DNA of 64,000 nt, taken from assembly GCA_000092065.1 (NCBI GenBank), contig CP000587.1; one strand, given 5' to 3'. The notes beneath the pieces were generated by a model. It saw only the letters and a program-made list of their open reading frames with translations, ran no database searches and was not told the origin of the DNA. A program made the translations under genes and the position numbers. Positions 18,646-25,402 of the stretch are shown in pieces; position 1 is the stretch's first letter, and each line of letters begins with the position of its first letter. This DNA is from Ostreococcus lucimarinus. Its lineage: Eukaryota.

Positions 18646-20130
18646 CTAGGATGGTTTACGATCCATCAAGCCCCCACCCCACGCATCAGGAGACCAATCT
18701 GCGAGATTATCCGGCGGTACAAGAGTTCCCGCGCCTCCACCAATCAAACATCTCACCGCTTCGCTCTTCGTCACAGCGTAATGAAAGCGCGCGCTAAACC
18801 AATCCGCGAGGTGAGACTTCATCGTGTGTTTCGTCTCATCACAGGGTGCAGCGGCGTCTAACAAACGTTCTGTCGCTGCTTCCCACGTTAAACGATGGAT
18901 TTCATCATCCGTCATCGGTTTTGGCGTCGACGTTGTGACTTCTCTAATGCACTTTGCAAACTCATCCATATTGGAATACGTGCGACAATTTGGAAACGTG
19001 GCAAAGAACGCGTTGCTCGGATGTTCTGCGCACACGACGAATTTGCCCATCGCCAACGCCTCCGCGGACGTCGTCGCGACGACGTCAGACAGTGATGGAT
19101 TAATGAATACCTTGTAATCGAGAATTTTCTCATTCGCGTGATCCAGACGACCGAGCAAGCTCAGCGGCAGAGCCTTCTCAGCTACAGCTGCTTTCACGTC
19201 GGCAAAATCATCACCATCACCGTATACGTCCATTTCCAAGCGTTCTTTTGCACTTTTAGCGTACTTTTCGTTGAAATCGCCCACCACGTGCATCAACTCT
19301 GAGTATCCTTTCGCCCAAACGCACTTTCCGATGAAATACGCCCCGCGACTAAACGCCCCGCTGCCTTCCTTCTTGATTCGTTTCGCCTTCTCTCTACCAG
19401 CATCGATGAATCCATTTGACACACCGTGCACGTTTTGCGTGATCGACCGCGCAAACTCTTGTACCGCGTCCGACAATTTGATGACCTTGTGTGTGTGGCA
19501 TCGCGCCGTCAAATGATTAATCCAACGCAGTATCTGCTCCTTACGTTCACCATCCTCCTCTCGTCGCGCGTATTCCAAGTAATTTGTGTGAATGATTCCA
19601 ACCACATGCTTAAACCGCGACGTCCACCGCGCTCCGGGGTGATACCAGCACAAATGCTCCGGCTCCTCGAGTATCGCCACGTCTCTGCTCGCCTTCGGCA
19701 CGCGCAACGTGATATCCCCCACGGGCACGATGCTTCCCTTGTCCGTCGCGTACCTTCCCGGATACCACGCGATCAAAATTTTTGGCGCGAATCCCACGCG
19801 TTTTTTGGTCCAGTCCATGATGTACGCCTCTTGTTCGCTCGGCGTCTTGAACTCGACGCGCTTTGGGTAGACGATCCTCTGATCCTTTCTCGCCAACCAC
19901 GGTACTAAGAGCGTCACCTCGCGCGTGGTGTCTCCGTTCGCCAGATACACCGCTCGGAGCAACGGATTAACGCTCGTCCCCGTCATCCACGGCAGCGCGG
20001 CGGTGGTGACGATGACGAATTTACGTCCGGGCGCGCGCAGGTCCTTGGGGTTCGTTCGCGAGCGTTTCTTCGCTCGACGCTCGTTGAGATCGCCGAGCGA
20101 ACCGCGGCTGAACATGCGCTTGAGGACCAT
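18646..20130 (-). CDS. Digalactosyldiacylglycerol synthase (DGD1/DGD2 family GT4 glycosyltransferase)
   Basis: The match runs full length, e.g. KFVIVTTAALPWMTGTSVNPLLRAVYLAN and VVGIIHTNYLEYARRE. The GT4 C-terminal half reads FINPSLSDVVATTSAEALAMGKFVVC. Confidence 0.8.
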   Translation of the reverse strand: MVLKRMFSRGSLGDLNERRAKKRSRTNPKDLRAPGRKFVIVTTAALPWMTGTSVNPLLRAVYLANGDTTREVTLLVPWLARKDQRIVYPKRVEFKTPSEQEAYIMDWTKKRVGFAPKILIAWYPGRYATDKGSIVPVGDITLRVPKASRDVAILEEPEHLCWYHPGARWTSRFKHVVGIIHTNYLEYARREEDGERKEQILRWINHLTARCHTHKVIKLSDAVQEFARSITQNVHGVSNGFIDAGREKAKRIKKEGSGAFSRGAYFIGKCVWAKGYSELMHVVGDFNEKYAKSAKERLEMDVYGDGDDFADVKAAVAEKALPLSLLGRLDHANEKILDYKVFINPSLSDVVATTSAEALAMGKFVVCAEHPSNAFFATFPNCRTYSNMDEFAKCIREVTTSTPKPMTDDEIHRLTWEAATERLLDAAAPCDETKHTMKSHLADWFSARFHYAVTKSEAVRCLIGGGAGTLVPPDNLADWSPDAWGGGLMDRKPS

Positions 20131-20269
20131 TTTTATGCGCGTTCGTATTCCGCGCGCGCGCGCGCGATCGGGTCGCGCGCGGTAGAATGACGACCGACCG
20201 CTCCAACTGTCTTTCGAAACGCGAGTCGGCGAGTCAGACGCGGACGCGAGCGGGACGCCAGCGAGTGGT

Positions 20270-20274
20270 TTACA
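20270..20274 (-). promoter_or_regulatory. TGTAA putative poly(A) signal for the SAP/J-domain gene, about 78 nt 3' of its stop
   Basis: Plus-strand ggtttacagtgtaag carries ttaca at 20270-20274. A plus-strand TGTAA also occurs at 20276-20280. Confidence 0.35.
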
Positions 20275-20351
20275 GTGTAAGCGGTTACACAGCGATTACA
20301 TCGTCGAGCTAAGGTGAGTTGTCATACTCGCGGGCTAGTGCGATGGAGCGA

Positions 20352-22283
20352 TCACGGGGGGAGCTGCTGCCAGGCGTGGGTGAGCCACTTGGTGACCTCG
20401 TTCGCCAACGCCTGCTCGCGAATCGATTTTTGTCGCGCGCGGTCTGGGTGAAACTTTAACATCGCCTGGCGGTAGCTCTTTTGGAGCAAACGCTTGGTTG
20501 ATCGACCGTGTTGGTCGATGCTCACGCCGCAGCGGTAGAGGAACAGACGGAGGTCCGCGTGCATGGCCCAGATGGAGACTTGATGGACGGCTGCACGTTT
20601 GGCGTGATCCTCCTCTTCGCTCGCCTTCTTTGCTCTTTGTTTCGCTTCGACCGCCGCACGCTCTTCATCGCGCTTACGCTTCTTCTCGTTGAAGGCGGCT
20701 TGACCGGTGTCGCGCTTTTTCGTGAGCGCGTTGACGTAATCCTCTCGTTCGACGAGTGTCGAGACGTCGATACCCACATCCGTCGCGCACCTTCGCAGGT
20801 CCTTGATAGACATTTTCGTGGGATCAACACTGAGCAAAGTGTCCCATGCCTCGCACTCCGCATCAAAACGACTTTTCGTCGCCGCACTCGCGGTCGGTTC
20901 CTCAGGTTTTTGTCTCTGCTTCGACATCGGCGACGCCGCCGGCGACGCTGAGGCGTCGGCGCCTGTTCGCAATCCCTCGCACCGTTCCACTGTGCGGTGA
21001 AACAGTTTCAACGCATGTTGATACGAACTACGCGCTGCGGCGGCGGCGAATTGACTTTGCTGGTACTTCCCCGCGACCATTTGCAAGTTATCTTTGTGCC
21101 ATTGGCGGAGCGCGTAATCTGCTCCTCCGCGCATCGTGCGTTGGAAATCGAGCTGGCACTGCGCGAGTGTTTGTCGCATCGCCACCTCCGTGTTCAGCGC
21201 GGAGACGAGTTGTCTATGCGCTTGTTTCAGCGCAGTTCTCGCGTTTTGCAACTCCGTAGGATCGTCGGGTAATCCCTCCGGTGGACACGGCGGTATTCGC
21301 GCCGCCTCCGCTTGTTGGCGAGCCTCCTCGCGTCCCTGTTGCCCCCCCCACATGGACGGCTCTTCGCGGCGAGGCGGTTCGGCGTAGTCGTGCGGACACG
21401 TCTCCGCTTCGCGCGGAGGAAGGTTCGGCTTACCGTACCCTCGGGCTCGAGCCCAATTGATCGGGCAGTCCTTGTTCGATCGCGACTGTCTCGCCGCCTG
21501 CGAAGACGACGCCGTCGCCGGGCTCCCCTCTTCGCGTCGCCGCTTAGCGTGCGTCCAATCGTCATTCTCTACCTCGATGACATCGTCTTCTACCTCGTCG
21601 CCGTCTTCGTCGTCGACGTTCTCGTCCTTTGCGCTCGCCTCGGGCGCGCTCGCCTTTCTCGCGTTCCTCGCGCTTCGCCTCGTTCCCTCGCTCGTCGTCG
21701 TCGTCGTCGTCGACGACGGCGACGTCTTCCCGTGCACGCTACTCTCACGTCGCGTCTTTCTCGTCGCCGCCGCCGCCGCCTCCTCCGCTCGTTCGTTCGC
21801 CCCGTCTTCTCGCCGCCGTCTCGGCGTCCCGCTCGCGTCCTCCTCGCTCGCGATATCGATCACCTCCGCCGCTCCGCGTCCTCCTCCCGCCCCTTTCGCG
21901 CCGTCGTCCTCGCCTCCGCCGTCCCCGACGTCCAACACGTACCCGAACCTCGTCCCTCGCGCCTTGCTCCACGCGAAAAACAGCACCTCGCCTCGCTTCA
22001 GAAACGCCTTCGCCCGCGGCTTCAGCATCCGCAGCGCGCCGAATTTATCCTGCACGAACACCTCGCTCGCCGCCGTCCTGAGCTCGATCGCGCACTCCGG
22101 CGTCGTCACCAGCGCGACGGTCACGATGTGTCTCGGCAGCGTCGGGTCCGCGAATCCCAGCGCGCGCGCGTCGTTCAGTAATTCTTTCGGCGTCCCGAGA
22201 GGGTCGATGTCGATCCTCTTCGCCCCGCGCGGCGCCTGCACCGGTCGCAGGCTCGCGCGCGTCGCATCGCTCGTCGCGCGCAT
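20352..22283 (-). CDS. SAP-domain and C-terminal J-domain protein with an acidic low-complexity linker and an uncharacterised N-terminal domain
   Basis: The SAP-like motif is KMSIKDLRRCATDVGIDVSTLVEREDYVNAL. The C-terminal J domain reads LLQKSYRQAMLKFHPDRARQ (HPD tripeptide). The middle of the protein is a long D/E/S/T/R-rich stretch. Confidence 0.55.
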   Translation of the reverse strand: MRATSDATRASLRPVQAPRGAKRIDIDPLGTPKELLNDARALGFADPTLPRHIVTVALVTTPECAIELRTAASEVFVQDKFGALRMLKPRAKAFLKRGEVLFFAWSKARGTRFGYVLDVGDGGGEDDGAKGAGGGRGAAEVIDIASEEDASGTPRRRREDGANERAEEAAAAATRKTRRESSVHGKTSPSSTTTTTTSEGTRRSARNARKASAPEASAKDENVDDEDGDEVEDDVIEVENDDWTHAKRRREEGSPATASSSQAARQSRSNKDCPINWARARGYGKPNLPPREAETCPHDYAEPPRREEPSMWGGQQGREEARQQAEAARIPPCPPEGLPDDPTELQNARTALKQAHRQLVSALNTEVAMRQTLAQCQLDFQRTMRGGADYALRQWHKDNLQMVAGKYQQSQFAAAAARSSYQHALKLFHRTVERCEGLRTGADASASPAASPMSKQRQKPEEPTASAATKSRFDAECEAWDTLLSVDPTKMSIKDLRRCATDVGIDVSTLVEREDYVNALTKKRDTGQAAFNEKKRKRDEERAAVEAKQRAKKASEEEDHAKRAAVHQVSIWAMHADLRLFLYRCGVSIDQHGRSTKRLLQKSYRQAMLKFHPDRARQKSIREQALANEVTKWLTHAWQQLPP

Positions 22284-22393
22284 CGCGCGCTATCGCGCCA
22301 TCGCGTCGCGCCGCGCGCGCGTCGAGGTGTGCGGCGCGCCGGCGCGGAAAAGCGCCGCATTGCGGGACGCGCGTCGCATCGAATTCGTCGTCG

Positions 22394-23752
22394 ATGATGT
22401 CTTCGGCGCGCGCGCCTCGCGCGGGCGCGCGCGCGACGGGCCGCGGACGACGCGCGCGCGCGACGGCGGCGACGGCGGCGCGGCGCGCGACGTCCGCGGC
22501 GGCGCGCGGCGCGACGGGACGACGCGCGATCGGATCGGTGACGCGCGCGTCGGCGGCGGCGACGCGCGACGCGACGGCGGACTCGCGCGTGCCGGTGACG
22601 ATCCTCACCGGGTTCCTCGGCAGCGGGAAGACGACGCTGCTGAATCACGTGCTGAAGGCGGAACACGGGAAACGAATCGTGGTGATCGAGAATGAATTCG
22701 GCGAGGTGGACATCGACGGCGAACTCGTGGCGTTTCGCGAGAGCGGGGACGAGGACATCATGCTGCTGAACAACGGATGCCTGTGCTGCACGGTGAGGAG
22801 TGATTTGGTGGAGATGCTGATGAGACTGGTGAAGGAGAAGAAGGGAATGTTCGATCACATTCTCATCGAGACGACGGGGTTGGCGAACCCGGCGCCGATT
22901 ATTCAGACGTTTTATTTGGAGCCGGCGCTGTTGGATTCGTTGAGGTTGGACGGGGTCGTCACGCTCGTCGACGCGAAGCACGCGGAGCTGCATTTGGATG
23001 AAGTGAAACCGGCGGGGGTGGTGAACGAATCGCTGGAGCAGGTGGCGTTCGCGGATCGAATCGTCTTGAATAAGACTGATTTGGTGACGGACGCGCAAGC
23101 CAACGCGTTGGAGTATCGGTTACGGACGATTAACGACTTGGCGAAGATCGGTCGAGCGTCGATGGCTAAGGTAGATTTGGACTTCGTGCTCGGCGTCGGT
23201 GGGTTCGATTTAGAGCGCGTGCAAGATCAAGTCTTACCCGACGAACCGAAAAAGACAGAGGCGCATGATCACGGCCACTCGCACGCCGCCGGCGAGGAAT
23301 CGTGCGAAAAGTGCGATCACGACGACGGCCACAGCCACTCGCACGGCGAAGAGCATTCCCACTCACACGCGCACTCTCACGGTGTCGAAGCGGACGCCGA
23401 TTGCGAGGTTTGCGGTGAACACGGCCATTCGCACTCGCACCACGTGCACGACGACGCCGTCGGAAGCGTCTCCCTCTCCCTCGACGGTGACCTCGATCTC
23501 GATCTCGTCAACGATTGGCTCGGTTTACTCTTAAACGAGCGTTGGGAAGACTTATACCGCATGAAGGGCGTCCTCGCCATTCAAGGTTGCGACGAGCGTT
23601 ACGTCTTCCAGGGCGTCCACGCGTTATTCGAGGGCATGCCCGACCGCGCGTGGAAAGCCGACGAGACGCGTTCGTCCAAGCTCGTCTTCATCGGCAAAGA
23701 TCTCGACCGCGCCGAGTTACAGCGCGACTTCGAGGCGTGTCTCAGCCGTTAA
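22394..23752 (+). CDS. COG0523/CobW-family zinc-regulated GTPase metallochaperone (ZNG1-like) with an internal His-rich metal-binding insert
   Basis: G1 loop ILTGFLGSGKTTLLNHVL, CxCC motif GCLCCTV and G3-region TTGLANPAP are present. The His-rich insert is HDHGHSHAAGEESCEKCDHDDGHSHSHGEEHSHSHAHSHG...HGHSHSHHVHDD. The CobW C-terminal domain follows. The N-terminal Arg/Ala/Thr-rich stretch looks like a presequence. Confidence 0.8.
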   Translation: MMSSARAPRAGARATGRGRRARATAATAARRATSAAARGATGRRAIGSVTRASAAATRDATADSRVPVTILTGFLGSGKTTLLNHVLKAEHGKRIVVIENEFGEVDIDGELVAFRESGDEDIMLLNNGCLCCTVRSDLVEMLMRLVKEKKGMFDHILIETTGLANPAPIIQTFYLEPALLDSLRLDGVVTLVDAKHAELHLDEVKPAGVVNESLEQVAFADRIVLNKTDLVTDAQANALEYRLRTINDLAKIGRASMAKVDLDFVLGVGGFDLERVQDQVLPDEPKKTEAHDHGHSHAAGEESCEKCDHDDGHSHSHGEEHSHSHAHSHGVEADADCEVCGEHGHSHSHHVHDDAVGSVSLSLDGDLDLDLVNDWLGLLLNERWEDLYRMKGVLAIQGCDERYVFQGVHALFEGMPDRAWKADETRSSKLVFIGKDLDRAELQRDFEACLSR

Positions 23753-23881
23753 TCCCACATTTTTTCCCACCGCCTCGCATCGCGCGCTCGTTCATTTATA
23801 ATATCCATCCGAGACGCCCGCGCGCTCGCGCTCGCCCGCGCGATCGATCCAACATCCGTCGTCATTCTCAGACTCCAGACC

Positions 23882-25048
23882 ATGTTCGCCTCGCGCGCGC
23901 GCTCGATCGCGCGCGCGTTCACCCGCGCGCGCGCGCTCATCGCGCTCGCGTGCGTCGCGCGCGTCGCGCTCGCGCGCGCCGACGAAACGGCGCAAGATGT
24001 CGACGCGCACGCGACGTGGCTCCGACGCGAATTGCCGCGGTATCGCGCGCGCGCGGCGTCGTGCGTCGCGTGCCAGCGCGTGCTCGCGCACTTTGACGAA
24101 CACCTCGTGCTCGCGCTTCAAGACATCACGAACGCGGAGCGACGGAAGGCGACGAGCGCGACGGGGGAAAGGCGATTCGACGCGGCGCGGTACGGCGCGT
24201 ACGAGAGCGTCATCGAAGAGGCGGTGCCGCGAGCGTGCGCGACGACGAGCGTGGCGTTGAATCGAACGCTGCGCGTCGCGTGCGAGAGGATGATCGAAAG
24301 AAGCGAGGATGAGGTGGTGAAGTTGTATTACGAGGTCGGGAAGGCTATGGAAAGAGGAGAGAAGGAAGCGGATTTGGGGGAGGCGCTGTGCGGGGCGAAC
24401 GGCGCGATGGGCGGCGCGTGCGAGGACGCGGAGACGGCGGCGTGGACGGTGTCGGAGTTGGAGGCGCTGGAGACGGCGGCGATGAAGGTTTCGAGGGAAG
24501 ACTTGAATCCGTGGGACACCGCGCCGGGACACGAGGGCGAGTTCCTGAGCGAGCCCGAGTACGCGGCGCCGAAGAAGGGGGAGGTGGCCAGAATCGTTGC
24601 GTCGGATTTTTATAAGCGCATCATTTTGGAGAGAGACATCGACGCGGTGGTGTACTTTTCGTATCCGACGAAGGCCAAGGAGTTTCACGAGGCGTATGAG
24701 CAGACGCACGCGCTTCTCGCCGAAGTCCTGGAGGATGCGAAAGATTTGATCATCGCCCAAATAGACGTCGAGAAGAACGACGTGCCACCTCCGTACGCCG
24801 ACATGGCGACGACGCCGTGCGTGCTGTTGTACCGGGCGAAAAAGAAGGAGAACCCGAGATGGGTCCCCTTGCGCACGGAGGCGGGAGAGTACATCACGGG
24901 CGAGTCTGCGCCCACACTCGCAGACGTGTTGACCATGGTGAGCAAGAACGCAAAAACAAAGAAGACAAAACGCGAAGCCGACAAAGCCTTGGTCGAGGCC
25001 TCGGCGGAGGAATTGCACTCGAATCGCGCGAAGGATGATGAACTGTAG
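23882..25048 (+). CDS. Putative ER-lumenal protein with a signal peptide, a saposin-like Cys pattern, a thioredoxin-fold-like C-terminal domain without CxxC, and a C-terminal DDEL retention motif
   Basis: A hydrophobic N-terminus (ALIALACVARVALARA) is followed by paired cysteines (CVACQRV...C...C). The C-terminal part (VVYFSYPTKAKEFHEAYEQTHALLAEVLEDAKDLIIAQIDVEKND...TTPCVLLY) resembles a PDI b-type/ERp29-like fold. The protein ends ...RAKDDEL. Confidence 0.4.
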   Translation: MFASRARSIARAFTRARALIALACVARVALARADETAQDVDAHATWLRRELPRYRARAASCVACQRVLAHFDEHLVLALQDITNAERRKATSATGERRFDAARYGAYESVIEEAVPRACATTSVALNRTLRVACERMIERSEDEVVKLYYEVGKAMERGEKEADLGEALCGANGAMGGACEDAETAAWTVSELEALETAAMKVSREDLNPWDTAPGHEGEFLSEPEYAAPKKGEVARIVASDFYKRIILERDIDAVVYFSYPTKAKEFHEAYEQTHALLAEVLEDAKDLIIAQIDVEKNDVPPPYADMATTPCVLLYRAKKKENPRWVPLRTEAGEYITGESAPTLADVLTMVSKNAKTKKTKREADKALVEASAEELHSNRAKDDEL

Positions 25049-25402
25049 AACTGTATTTTAATTGCATACATGTGCTGGCGGTGTGTAGCCGCGTTCAAGC
25101 AAGAACGGTAGGATGAACTCGCAAAACGTGTTCCATGTCGTGGAAGTCGAAATCGATTGTCCGCGCGAGATTCCCGTCGTGTCGGCAGCGTACGTGATGG
25201 AAGATTCGACCAACGCACGTCTTGGCTCGTTGGTCGCCGCGTGTGCGAGCGTGCAAAGCGCACAAATTACGGCGAGTCTTAATTGCAATTGCGTGGACAT
25301 GAAACGCGCGCGTGGAATTGAGACCTGGCCTCGGCGCCCCAAACATTCACATGACGTTCGTTTGCGCGATAGTTTGGATCAATTGACAAATTATTTTAAT
25401 GT

